A stretch of 64,000 bases of DNA. Origin: Sumerlaeia bacterium. Its GTDB lineage: Bacteria; Sumerlaeota; Sumerlaeia; SLMS01; JAHLLQ01. A program made the translations under genes and the position numbers. The notes under the pieces were generated by a model. The model was given only the letters and a program-made list of their open reading frames with translations. It ran no database searches and was not told the DNA's origin. Location of the stretch: NCBI GenBank assembly GCA_040219255.1, contig JAVJSW010000008.1:32001-96000 (forward strand). Direction: 5' to 3'. Below are positions 19,366 to 28,664 of this stretch, piece after piece (within the stretch, counting starts at the first letter, position 1; the number at the start of each line of letters is the position of its first letter).

Positions 19366-20502
19366 ATGTTCGATAACCTCGGACCCACCGCCCCGCGAAA
19401 AGTGCTCCTGCTCTGTGGAGGCCCCTCCGCGGAATACGTCGTTTCCCTCACCAGCGCCCGATGCGCGGCCCACGCCCTGGACCGCCATCGCTATCAGCTT
19501 CGGGTGGCTTGCGTGACAGACGACGGTTCCTGGATTGTTCCCGACGAAAACTGGTCGTCGGATACGCCCCCTTCGCGCGTGGAAAAGTTCTTCGATCTGC
19601 TCGACATGCCCGAGCTTTGCCCCCGCGGCTACCTGACCCGCAGGGCCGCTGGCGAGGCGATCACCCGCATCCTGGCCTGGCGCCCCGACATCGTTCTGCC
19701 GATCATGCACGGTGCCTACGGCGAAGACGGCCGCCTTCAGGGCATGCTCGATTTCCTGAACATCCCCTACGTGGGCAGCGGCGTTCTCGCCAGCTCGCTC
19801 TCCATGGACAAGAAACGCACCAAGGACTTCCTGGCCGCCAACGGCATCCGCGTCGCCCCTCACGTCCTGATCCAATCCGCTTCATCGCAGATGCTCAAAG
19901 AAGATCAGATGGCGGCGGCGGGAAACCTGATGGGCTGGCCGCTGGTGGTGAAGCCCAATCGCGGCGGCTCGTCCATCGCCTCCGGCATCGCCCGCGGCGA
20001 AGAGGAACTGCGCTCGCTGGTGCTGCGCGCCACCGACGCCGATTCGGAAATCCTGATCGAGCAATACGTCGCCGGGCGGGAAGTGACCTGCGGCATTTTG
20101 GACATGGCCGAAAGTTTCGGCGGACGAGTGCTTTGCCCGCCGACGGAAATCCGCCCCAAGTCTTCCCACTTCTTCGATTTCGATGCCAAGTACCGCCCCG
20201 GCGCCAGCGAGGAAATCACCCCCGCTCCCCTGCCCGACGAAGTGACCAACCGCATCCACGCGATGGCGGAAAAAGCCCATGACCTCCTGGGCTGCAAAGG
20301 CATGAGCCGCAGCGACTTCATGGTCAAAGACAACGGCCAGCCAATCTATCTGGAAACCAACACGATCCCCGGGCTCACCTCCACATCCCTCCTGCCGCAA
20401 GGCGCGGCGGCCCTCGGAATCAACATGACGACCCTGCTCACGGGGCTCATCGAAGGCGCCTTCGAGCGCTTGATCGAACAACAAACCCGGCGCCACGCCT
20501 GA
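19366..20502 (+). CDS. ddl: D-alanine--D-alanine ligase
   Basis: Motifs GGPSAEYVVS, HGAYGEDGRLQG, MDK, VKP..GGSS, FDFDAKY, SRSDF and ETNTIPG. Confidence 0.95.
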   Translation: MFDNLGPTAPRKVLLLCGGPSAEYVVSLTSARCAAHALDRHRYQLRVACVTDDGSWIVPDENWSSDTPPSRVEKFFDLLDMPELCPRGYLTRRAAGEAITRILAWRPDIVLPIMHGAYGEDGRLQGMLDFLNIPYVGSGVLASSLSMDKKRTKDFLAANGIRVAPHVLIQSASSQMLKEDQMAAAGNLMGWPLVVKPNRGGSSIASGIARGEEELRSLVLRATDADSEILIEQYVAGREVTCGILDMAESFGGRVLCPPTEIRPKSSHFFDFDAKYRPGASEEITPAPLPDEVTNRIHAMAEKAHDLLGCKGMSRSDFMVKDNGQPIYLETNTIPGLTSTSLLPQGAAALGINMTTLLTGLIEGAFERLIEQQTRRHA

Positions 20503-20624
20503 TCCCCGGTCGGCAGCGTCTGAATCAGCCGGACGAACACCGCCCGGCAAGTTGACGTTTTGGGCCAAACAGACAAAACTTAATTTCAAATTTGTCTCTT
20601 CGCAAAAGAGAAAAGGACCCTGCC

Positions 20625-20717
20625 ATGGCAACACTGACCATTCCGCTCATCCTCGGACTCATCCTGCTGAGCATCGGCCTCGATCACTACGATGAGTTCA
20701 TGCAGCGCAATCACTAG
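20625..20717 (+). CDS. Putative 30-aa single-pass small membrane protein (MATLTIPLILGLILLSIGLDHYDEFMQRNH)
   Basis: AAAAGGA RBS before the ATG, GC3-rich codons and a hydrophobic core. It fills the intergenic gap, and its stop overlaps the convergent gene's stop. Confidence 0.6.
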   Translation: MATLTIPLILGLILLSIGLDHYDEFMQRNH

Positions 20718-21232
20718 GCGGGGGGATCGAGTTTCCGCAGCACCCGCGCCGGGTTGCCACCGATCACCTGCCACCCATCCGGGAAGGACTTGGTGACGAC
20801 GGCTCCGGCGCCGACGATGGTGTTCTCGCCCAGTTCCACACCGGGCAAAATCACCGCGTTCATGCCGATCCAGGTGCGGGCGCCGAGCCGAATCGGCGGG
20901 GCCTCCAGATGGCGGCTGTTGTCGTAGAGGTCGTGGTTGGCGCTGATCAGCCCAACCCCAGGCGCCAGGTTGCAATCATCGCCGACTATGATTCCGTTGT
21001 GGCCGTTGATGTAGCAATGGGGCGAATCGCCGGGAAAAGTGCGGGCGCCGAGTTGGACCTTCTGGCCGTTGATAACGATGCTGGTCCAATGCACGGGCCA
21101 AGGCGCGCGGCGGTTGAGGCCGGCGATCTGCCCGAGGCGGAACAGGACGTAAAACTTGGTTCCGCAACCCTCCGGAACGCGCAGGACGCGTTTGAGCCAG
21201 CCGGGCGCGGGGCGGGGAGCGGGGTCGGTCAT
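20714..21232 (-). CDS. Hexapeptide-repeat (LbH) O-acyltransferase
   Basis: ISANH, WIGMNAVILPGVELG, IVGAGAVVTK and GGNPARV. ATGA overlap with the upstream gene. Confidence 0.9.
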   Translation of the reverse strand: MTDPAPRPAPGWLKRVLRVPEGCGTKFYVLFRLGQIAGLNRRAPWPVHWTSIVINGQKVQLGARTFPGDSPHCYINGHNGIIVGDDCNLAPGVGLISANHDLYDNSRHLEAPPIRLGARTWIGMNAVILPGVELGENTIVGAGAVVTKSFPDGWQVIGGNPARVLRKLDPPA

Positions 21233-21810
21233 CGGCGCTTTTTCTTTTTCGGTTTCGCGGATTTTTTGGCGGCCTTGCGGGGCGACTCGATCTCGACGAG
21301 ACGGACGCCTTCGTCGACGATGGTGATATAGGACGGCAACGGAAAGCCCATGACAAAGCCAACGAAGTCGATGGCCTTCGCGATGGGGCCGCCGCTGACC
21401 ACGGCCACCCGGCAGCAGTCTTTCGCGTCGTAAACGCGGACGCCCTTGAGGCGCATTTCGAGGAGCGCCTGACCGATCATTTCGCCGAAGACGAGAGGTT
21501 CCTGGAGCACGACGCCGAAGGGCCGTTCCCACCGCCCACCCTCGCCCTCAAGACACTTCCCGGCCAGCACCAGGTCCTCGTCCGGCGGCGCGCCGAGACG
21601 CACCAGTTGCTCCCGGAAACGGGCACTGCAAATCTCCAGACCCTCCTGCGAATTGGCGCTCAGAACCACCTTGCGCTTGAGCCAGTCGAAGTCGAAGTCG
21701 GGCGCGAAGTCTCGCTGCGCCGGGTGCTCGCAGACGATCTTGAGGGCTTTCAGGACCTGGCTGGGGCCGATGCGGGCTTCGAGGCGAAAGGAACGGGTTT
21801 CGATGGGCAT
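21229..21810 (-). CDS. Hypothetical protein, possibly a very divergent YajQ (DUF520)-like fold, with a basic tail
   Basis: Clean ORF coupled to the downstream gene. Residue pattern resembles YajQ by eye (see findings). Confidence 0.55.
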   Translation of the reverse strand: MPIETRSFRLEARIGPSQVLKALKIVCEHPAQRDFAPDFDFDWLKRKVVLSANSQEGLEICSARFREQLVRLGAPPDEDLVLAGKCLEGEGGRWERPFGVVLQEPLVFGEMIGQALLEMRLKGVRVYDAKDCCRVAVVSGGPIAKAIDFVGFVMGFPLPSYITIVDEGVRLVEIESPRKAAKKSAKPKKKKRR

Positions 21811-21937
21811 GGACGAAGGCGGTGGAGGGTGGGGTGGTTTCCTCGTCAGCTAAGAATCTGGAGGTCTTCCGGGCAAGCCATTCCAGAGGGCCTGGTCCTT
21901 GGGTGCGATTGGGAGCGCATGCGGTGGGGCCGTGAGG

Positions 21938-23035
21938 TCAGGCCGGTTTGATGGGATGCTGCGAATCGACGATCTGGTAGGGCACGGGTTCGCCGCAGCC
22001 GGGGCAGGCTTTCCCGTCCTGAAGCTCGGTCAGGATCGTTCCCGCTGTGCCGCGCCGAACCAGCGGCCGATGACATTTGAGGCAACGCGTGTCCATCAGG
22101 CCCAGGTCTGGATCGTCGACGTAGACGACGGGCACGTGCTCGGAGAGGAGGCCATGGGCGGTGGCGAGGGCTTCGCGGCTGGTTTCCTCGCCCTGCCATT
22201 GGAAGCGCTTGCGCAGGCCGAGGAGCAGAACGGGAACCCGCCCTTGAGAGACTTCGGCGAGCCAGGTGCCGAATTGCAGCAGTTCCTCCATCCAACGGTC
22301 GTGTTCCTCGATGACGAGGTAGGTGGCTTCGACGTGCTTCTCGGCGGTCAGGGAGACTTCGAGATTCCGCATGGCGGTGCGCAAGTTGCCGCCGGCGGTG
22401 CGTGAGAGGAATTCGGCGTCGAAGCCCTTGAAGCCGAAGGTCACGGCGGAGGTGACTTCGAGCATGTCGCGGAAGGGTTCGCGGCACCACATGCCGGAGG
22501 TGGCGAGGTGGGTTTTTAGGCTTTGCTCCTTGGCCTGCTCAAAGACGTCGAAGACGAATTCGTGGGCGGGGGCCGGTTCGTTGACCCCAAAGGCCACGCC
22601 GAGGGCGCCGTTTTCTTTGGCCGACAGGACGGCTTCGCCGGGAGTGAGGGGCGAGGTCTGGGTGCCGCCGAGTTGACTGAACTTGGCGGTGTTACAGAAG
22701 GTGCAGCGCATCGTGCAGCCGCGCTGGGCTAAGAGGAGCCACTTGCCTCCCGGCGCGTAATGATACAGCGGTAAGGCGTCCGAGGCGGCCAGGAACCGGC
22801 CCGCCACCCGGCCATAGTTGTCGCAGTAGAGCACCCCCCCCCGATTGGTGCGCACGCCGCAATTGCCCGACCGCGAGGGCGCTACGCTGCACAGGTGGGG
22901 ACAGAGGCGGCAGTTGACCGTTTCCCATTCGGCGCAATCGCCGTATCGGGACTTGGCTGCTTCGGGATAGGAGGACATGCGGACTCGATCGTGGGGCGGC
23001 GAACCGCCGGGGGTGGAACGCTCAATGTCCGTCAA
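21938..23035 (-). CDS. AmmeMemoRadiSam-type (PFL-activase-like) radical SAM enzyme
   Basis: N-terminal CRLCPHLC...GNCGVR, CTMRCTFC radical SAM motif, NEP, and C-terminal CxxC...CxxC. Confidence 0.85.
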   Translation of the reverse strand: MTDIERSTPGGSPPHDRVRMSSYPEAAKSRYGDCAEWETVNCRLCPHLCSVAPSRSGNCGVRTNRGGVLYCDNYGRVAGRFLAASDALPLYHYAPGGKWLLLAQRGCTMRCTFCNTAKFSQLGGTQTSPLTPGEAVLSAKENGALGVAFGVNEPAPAHEFVFDVFEQAKEQSLKTHLATSGMWCREPFRDMLEVTSAVTFGFKGFDAEFLSRTAGGNLRTAMRNLEVSLTAEKHVEATYLVIEEHDRWMEELLQFGTWLAEVSQGRVPVLLLGLRKRFQWQGEETSREALATAHGLLSEHVPVVYVDDPDLGLMDTRCLKCHRPLVRRGTAGTILTELQDGKACPGCGEPVPYQIVDSQHPIKPA

Positions 23036-23114
23036 GAAGCGGAAAAAGTCAAGGTGACGACCGCGAAAGCACGCCTAAATGAAAACCCGAAGTTGCCGAT
23101 GGAAACTGGCTCGA

Positions 23115-24383
23115 TCAGATCGTATGAACCATCATGGCGTCGCGCAACTTGGGCTCGAACCAGGTGGACTTGGGCGGCATGATGCCCCCTTCGTCGGCGA
23201 TGGCCATCAGGTCCTCGACCGAAGTGGGGAACATGGCGAAGGCAACGGCGTACTGGCCGCCGTCGACCAGCTTGACGAGTTCCCGGGGGCCGCGGATGCC
23301 GCCGATGAACGCGATGCGGTCGCTCGTGCGGGGGTCGTCGATGCCCAGCAGCGGGGTCAGGACATGGCGCTGCAAGACGGCGACATCGAGCCGGTCGGCC
23401 TCCGTGGCAGCCTTGGCCGCGTCTTCCGACCATCGCACCGTGTACCACTTGCCGGCAAAATACATCGTCATCTCGCCCTTTTCCGTGGGGAGCAACGAGT
23501 CGTCCGGGGTGCCTTCTTCGACTTCGGCGACGCCTTCGAGCTTCTTCATGAAGACTTCCGGCGTGAGTCCGTTCAGGTTCTTGACGACGCGGTTGTAGCC
23601 GAGGATCTGCATTTGGTTGTGGGGAAAGGTGACGGTGAGAAAGTAGGCGACGGCGTCTTTGGCGACGAGATCGCGCGAGCCGCCGGATTCCTCCTGTGTG
23701 GCGGTCTTGGCGCGCTGGCGGAAGACACGGGCGGCGGCGGCGCTGCGGTGGTGGCCGTCGGCGATATAGAGAGCCGGAACGCGTTGAAAGGCGCTTTCGA
23801 TTTTCTTGACCTCCGCCGGATCGGAAATCACCCAGGCGGTGTGGCGGATGCCGTCGTTGGCGGTGAAGTCCACAACCGGATTGTCGGCGGCGGCTTCGGC
23901 CAGGAGCAGGTCGGTTTCGGGCGTGGAACGGAAGGTGAGGAAGACGGGGCCGGTCTGGGCGCCGGTGATTTCGATGTGGCGGGTGCGGTCGTCTTCCTTA
24001 TCGGGGCGCGTCAACTCGTGCTTCTTGACGATGCCCCGGTCGTATTCGGTGCAGCTCGCGACAGCGACGAGGCCAAGCTGTTCATGTGAACCCATAACAA
24101 GGCGGTAGAGGTAATAGCAGGGCTTCTCCTCGCGGAGGAGCGCGCCGTTGGCGATGAGTTCCTTCAGGTTGCGGGCGGCCAGCTCGTACGCCTCGTCGGA
24201 GTGTGCGTCGGCGCCTTCGGGCATTTCGATTTCCGGGCGGGTGACGCGCAGGAACGAGAGCGGATTGCCCTCGGCCATGACGCGAGCCTCGTCGGCGCTC
24301 ATGACGTCGTAAGGAGGGGTGCAGATCTGTTGCGCTTTCGCGGGATCGGGACGCAGGGCGCGGAAAGGTTTGAGAGTGGCCAC
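23115..24383 (-). CDS. DUF1015 family protein
   Basis: KPFRALRP, PPYDV, KKHELTRP, YIADGHHR and MPPKSTWFEPKL. GTG start chosen at the family-typical N-terminus. Confidence 0.92.
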   Translation of the reverse strand: MATLKPFRALRPDPAKAQQICTPPYDVMSADEARVMAEGNPLSFLRVTRPEIEMPEGADAHSDEAYELAARNLKELIANGALLREEKPCYYLYRLVMGSHEQLGLVAVASCTEYDRGIVKKHELTRPDKEDDRTRHIEITGAQTGPVFLTFRSTPETDLLLAEAAADNPVVDFTANDGIRHTAWVISDPAEVKKIESAFQRVPALYIADGHHRSAAAARVFRQRAKTATQEESGGSRDLVAKDAVAYFLTVTFPHNQMQILGYNRVVKNLNGLTPEVFMKKLEGVAEVEEGTPDDSLLPTEKGEMTMYFAGKWYTVRWSEDAAKAATEADRLDVAVLQRHVLTPLLGIDDPRTSDRIAFIGGIRGPRELVKLVDGGQYAVAFAMFPTSVEDLMAIADEGGIMPPKSTWFEPKLRDAMMVHTI

Positions 24384-24537
24384 GGCGAAGAGAGTCCTTC
24401 CGGAGTGTGACTTGCCCATTCGGTGTGGTTTGGTAAGCACCGGCCCCGTCAGGCGGCAAGGGAGAATCGCGGGGGAGAAATGCCGGATCGGTAAAACAAA
24501 AGAGAAACTGGGGGCTGAGGCGGACGAAACATCAAGC

Positions 24538-25518
24538 TCAGGCGACAGGTCCACGCAAAATTTTATCGGCGAAGTCCTCAATCAGAGACTCGATTTCCGC
24601 CCGCCGCGCCAGAACGGCCAGCCAATCGGCGGGCAATCCACCTTCGCCATAAAAGGCTCCGGCCAGCCCGCCCGCCACCGTTCCCGTGGTGTCCGTGTCC
24701 TCGCCCAGGTTCACGGCGCGCAGCACGCACTCGGCATAACCGCCAGTGGTCAAAAAGCACCACAGGGCTGCCTCCAGCGTGTGCATCACATAGCCGCCGG
24801 ACCCGATGTGGCTCTCTGGCAGGGCCAGCCACTGGGCCAACGAACGCTCGAGCCGCGGACGAAAGTGGGTGTCCTCCCCGGGGCAGTGCTGCTCGATCCA
24901 GGCGAGTCCATCGGCCCGGGCGCGATCCCACGCGGCTTCCTTGCCCTCGCCCGCAAGCAGAGCCCGCACCATGGCGCAGTAAACCACGCAGGCTCCGACC
25001 GAGCGCGGGTGCGCGTGGGTCAGGCGGGAGGCGACGGAGGCAGCCTGTGCCAAATCGGCGAAGGATCCATGATGCCAGAAAAGCGCCACCGGCATCGTCC
25101 GCATCAGCGAGCCGTTGCCGTTGCTGTGTTGGTCCGTGGCCCCCGCTTCGCGCGGGTCCGCGACGGACCCGTATCGCCGAAGCGCCCCCGCCGTCGTGAC
25201 GCCGATGTCGAAGACTTCGCCGTGCGGAGTCCAGAGGGCCTCGTCATACCAGGCGCGGAATAGATCGGCGGCCCGGCGCCACCACTCACCCGCGCCGCCG
25301 GTCTCAGTGAGGGCCTGAGTCAGGCAGAGCATCATCGACGTGTCGTCGGACCACGTACCGGCGGGCTGGTCGTGTGTACCGAAGGCGCGCATGCTGGTGA
25401 CGGGATTTCGCTGGACCGCGGCACGGGATTGAAACTCGACGGGAACGCCGAGCGCATCGCCGAGGGCGGCTCCAAGGATGGCCGCCCGAAGGCGTTCGGT
25501 GAGGTGCGAGTGGGACAT
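24538..25518 (-). CDS. ADP-ribosylglycohydrolase family protein
   Basis: GAALGDALGVPVEF, WSDDT, GNGSLMR, THAH and NLGEDTDT. Confidence 0.93.
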   Translation of the reverse strand: MSHSHLTERLRAAILGAALGDALGVPVEFQSRAAVQRNPVTSMRAFGTHDQPAGTWSDDTSMMLCLTQALTETGGAGEWWRRAADLFRAWYDEALWTPHGEVFDIGVTTAGALRRYGSVADPREAGATDQHSNGNGSLMRTMPVALFWHHGSFADLAQAASVASRLTHAHPRSVGACVVYCAMVRALLAGEGKEAAWDRARADGLAWIEQHCPGEDTHFRPRLERSLAQWLALPESHIGSGGYVMHTLEAALWCFLTTGGYAECVLRAVNLGEDTDTTGTVAGGLAGAFYGEGGLPADWLAVLARRAEIESLIEDFADKILRGPVA

Positions 25519-25669
25519 GGCGGAGAAGCCCTCTTCCTTCACAGTGTACCTATTACACCGTATTTCGGTCCGCCTGTCAATCGCCTTCAACCTTGCCCTC
25601 CATCAGGTCCTGGCCAGAGGCTTGGTGGTTGATTGCTGCACTGAGGGGGCTCGGTTTCCCGTTCCTGTG

Positions 25670-26665
25670 ATGAAAAAGCACCGCAAGAAGTTACTCTCGC
25701 TCCTGGTTTCCGCAACCCTGTTGGGGCTGCTCATATCCAGTGTGGACCGGGGCGCGCTGCTCCAGGTGATCGGGGGGGCGAACCTGTGGTGGTTCGCGCT
25801 GGCGCTGGCGATGTTCATTCCGCAGACGCTGGCCATCGCGCACCGGTGGAGCCTGATCGTCGAACCGATCGCGCCCATTTCCGAGCGGGAAGCGGGACGG
25901 CAGGTCCTGGCGTCGTCGTGCCTGAATCTGGTGCTGCCGAGCAAACTGGGAGATCTGGCGAAGGGGGTCTTCCTGTATCGCCAGGGCCGTTGCCGTTTCG
26001 AGGACGGGTTGCAGATCGTGGTGTTCGAGAAGTTGCTGGATTTGGCGGCGCTGTCGGGTCTGATGGTCATTGGGTGGCTCATCGCGCCGCGGAGCGACTG
26101 GTGGGTGCTGGCGACGCTGGGGCTGGGCCTGGTGGTGATGGGGGCGGTCTGGACGATTTACTTCGTCAAGCGAGGCGGTAGCGTGGTGGAGGGTGTTCTG
26201 CCGGGGTTTGTGACAAAGCACCCGAAATTCGGCAAACTCGATGGTCTCCTCAAGGCGGGACCGCGTGTGATGGCGCTGATCCACGGCGACGCCCGGCGCA
26301 AGTGGAGCATCGTGGCCTGGAGCTTCACCATCTGGCTGCTGCACCTGGCGCAGATCGCGTTCTTCTTTTTCTGCCTGAGGGCGGACGCCGGGTTCTTCGA
26401 AGTGCTGGCGCGGGTTCCCATCGCGATTTTCGCGGGTCTGTTGCCCCTGGCCATCGCGGGGGTGGGCGTGCGGGACTGGGCCATCGTGGCGATCTTCGGC
26501 TCGGCCACGAATCCGAGGGCGGTGCTGGTCGGCGTGGGATTGCTGGTCTCGCTCCGCTATGTGATTCCCGCGGCGGCGGGGCTCTTGTTTTTCAACCGCT
26601 ATCTGGGCGCGGCGCGGGAAGCCCAGGAGAAGCTGAGCGATTCGCCGTCGAAGGAGCCCACCTGA
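25670..26665 (+). CDS. Lysylphosphatidylglycerol synthase TM-domain (UPF0104, flippase-like) protein
   Basis: RW, NLVLPSKLGDLAK, EKLLD, LPLAIAGVGVRD and about 8 TM segments. Confidence 0.88.
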   Translation: MKKHRKKLLSLLVSATLLGLLISSVDRGALLQVIGGANLWWFALALAMFIPQTLAIAHRWSLIVEPIAPISEREAGRQVLASSCLNLVLPSKLGDLAKGVFLYRQGRCRFEDGLQIVVFEKLLDLAALSGLMVIGWLIAPRSDWWVLATLGLGLVVMGAVWTIYFVKRGGSVVEGVLPGFVTKHPKFGKLDGLLKAGPRVMALIHGDARRKWSIVAWSFTIWLLHLAQIAFFFFCLRADAGFFEVLARVPIAIFAGLLPLAIAGVGVRDWAIVAIFGSATNPRAVLVGVGLLVSLRYVIPAAAGLLFFNRYLGAAREAQEKLSDSPSKEPT

Positions 26666-26672
26666 TCGTCCC

Positions 26673-28652
26673 ATGCCCGACTTCCCCAAGCACAGCACGC
26701 TCTGGGCGCGATTCCTTGTCTTCCTCGGGTTGGCCGGACTGGGCCTGTTCTGGCTCCTGACAATTCCCGAGGACTCCTTCATTTTCCGGTGGGACCGGGC
26801 GATATTCCAGCTCATCAACGCGGCCGTCGGCCGCAGCGCCGTGCTCGACTGGTCGCTGCTGGTGACCGGCAGCCGGGGGTGGTACTACGGGTCGCTGGGG
26901 GCCATGCTGGCCTTTGCCATGTATCAGGCGTGGCGAACGCGGGCGCGGCATCATGGCCGGCGTTTCGGTTACCTGCTTTGCGCCGGGCTGCTGGCATTGG
27001 CGGCCGAGGAAATCGCCGATGAAGCGAGCGACCTCTTTCCCCGGCCAGCGCCATGGGTCGCGCAGGCGGAGACCTGGAACGAAGTCGCCGTCCGCGCGGA
27101 AATGAAGGATTTCCTCGATTATGGCCCCACCGACCGGGTGCCGGATGAAAACTTCGTGGCGTGGTTTTTCGTCGTGCTCATGCTGCTGCCGCGCATGCCC
27201 CGCACCGCATCCATCACGTTGGGCCTGCTGGCGTTGTACACGGCCAGTCACCTGATCCTGGGCACGGAGTGGACGACCACGTTCGTCAGCTCCGTGTTCT
27301 TCGCGTCGGCCCTGACGGGCGTGATTCTGTTTCTCCTGGGCGGCCCCATCGAATGGACCGAGCGCAAAGCGGAGAAGCTGTTCGCCGCCGCGCTGCCGAG
27401 CGAGCTGCTGCGCAGCGATCTGCGCAAAGCGCTGGAGGCCCGAGACGCGGAATGGCAAGCGGCGCTCCGTGTGGCCTATCAGTCCCAGGACCGGCAGAAA
27501 ATCCGGCGCAAGGAACGTTTCTGGCACGAGTTGGTTGGCGGCCGTGTCCTCCCGCTGCTGGGCCATTCGGGGGAACCGTTCACCCTTTCGAACAAACCAC
27601 CGGGTCCGAAACGGGAGGGCATGCAGCCGAGCCGCTACGTTCGGTTCTTGACCTATGGCGAAGAAAAGCAGACGGTCGTTGTCAAGGCGGCGGCGGCGGC
27701 GCGGCTGCCTTGGTCCCGGCCGTCGCGCCTGGCGCGCTACCTGCGCAGCGTGGAGAGTCAACTTTATCTCGAGCGCCTCGGATTCCCAGTGGCCCGGACG
27801 TATTTCTGCGAGGACATGATGAGCCGCTTCGGGCTGCGCGAGTCGGTCCTGATCATCGAGGACTACCTGTCCGGCTCACACCTGCCGCTCGAAGACTTCG
27901 AGACGAAGCGGGAGGCGATCCGGCTTCTGGCCCGCATGCACCAGGTGCGGCGGCAGAACTGGGGCGCCCTCTCGGCCGGCCCGGAGGAAGAACTGACCCG
28001 CGCCAGCTATGTGTCGATTTTTCTGCGGCGAGAAGTCATCTACGCCCTGCGGCGGATGGAGCGGCACTTTGGCGTCTCGCTGGATGGCGAAACGCGCGAG
28101 GAAATCTGGCACTTGTTCGAAGGCGAAGCGGGGGCGTTGCTCTCCGAACCGGACTTGGCGTTCCGGCTGATCCACGGTGATGTGAGTGTCCGCAATTTCT
28201 TGAAGAGCACCGACGGGACGGTGCGCATGATTGACTTCGTGACGGTCGCATTCGACCTGCCGGGCATTGAAATCGTGCGGGCGCCGCTCGTTTTCACCGA
28301 GGCGAAGAGCAAAAAGAAAGGCCGCCCCAAAGAGTTGTCCCCGCTGTGGACGGCCTATTTCGAGGAGGCGGGCGCGCAAGCCTACGAGCGTTTCACCCGC
28401 CAGTCGCGGCTGGCGCTGGCGAGGTTTTCGCTGCGGGAACTGGCTTGGGGACGGGCCCGCCTTGAGGAAGAAAAGCCGGATGCGGCGACCCTTGTCTCCT
28501 GGATCCGCCAACTGTTCGCCGCCGATCCGCGTAGTCTCTGGGGCGGCCAACCGGAAGAAGCGGACTGGTCAGCCGTTCTGCGGATTCTGGGATGGAACCG
28601 GGAAGAACCTTCCACGTCAAAAACTATCCGCCCCGCGCCATTACCCGATTGA
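26673..28652 (+). CDS. Fusion of a degenerate PAP2-like membrane domain and an APH/choline-kinase-like phosphotransferase
   Basis: N-terminal DRAIFQLIN with about 6 TM helices. C-terminal VVVK, LARMH, LIHGDVSVRN and MIDF. Confidence 0.75.
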   Translation: MPDFPKHSTLWARFLVFLGLAGLGLFWLLTIPEDSFIFRWDRAIFQLINAAVGRSAVLDWSLLVTGSRGWYYGSLGAMLAFAMYQAWRTRARHHGRRFGYLLCAGLLALAAEEIADEASDLFPRPAPWVAQAETWNEVAVRAEMKDFLDYGPTDRVPDENFVAWFFVVLMLLPRMPRTASITLGLLALYTASHLILGTEWTTTFVSSVFFASALTGVILFLLGGPIEWTERKAEKLFAAALPSELLRSDLRKALEARDAEWQAALRVAYQSQDRQKIRRKERFWHELVGGRVLPLLGHSGEPFTLSNKPPGPKREGMQPSRYVRFLTYGEEKQTVVVKAAAAARLPWSRPSRLARYLRSVESQLYLERLGFPVARTYFCEDMMSRFGLRESVLIIEDYLSGSHLPLEDFETKREAIRLLARMHQVRRQNWGALSAGPEEELTRASYVSIFLRREVIYALRRMERHFGVSLDGETREEIWHLFEGEAGALLSEPDLAFRLIHGDVSVRNFLKSTDGTVRMIDFVTVAFDLPGIEIVRAPLVFTEAKSKKKGRPKELSPLWTAYFEEAGAQAYERFTRQSRLALARFSLRELAWGRARLEEEKPDAATLVSWIRQLFAADPRSLWGGQPEEADWSAVLRILGWNREEPSTSKTIRPAPLPD

Positions 28653-28664
28653 GGTTCTATCACA

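Noticed and set aside
19366-20502. Van-type D-Ala-D-Lac ligase
   Set aside because: The omega loop ends AKY as in D-Ala-D-Ala ligases, and there are no vanH or vanX neighbours.
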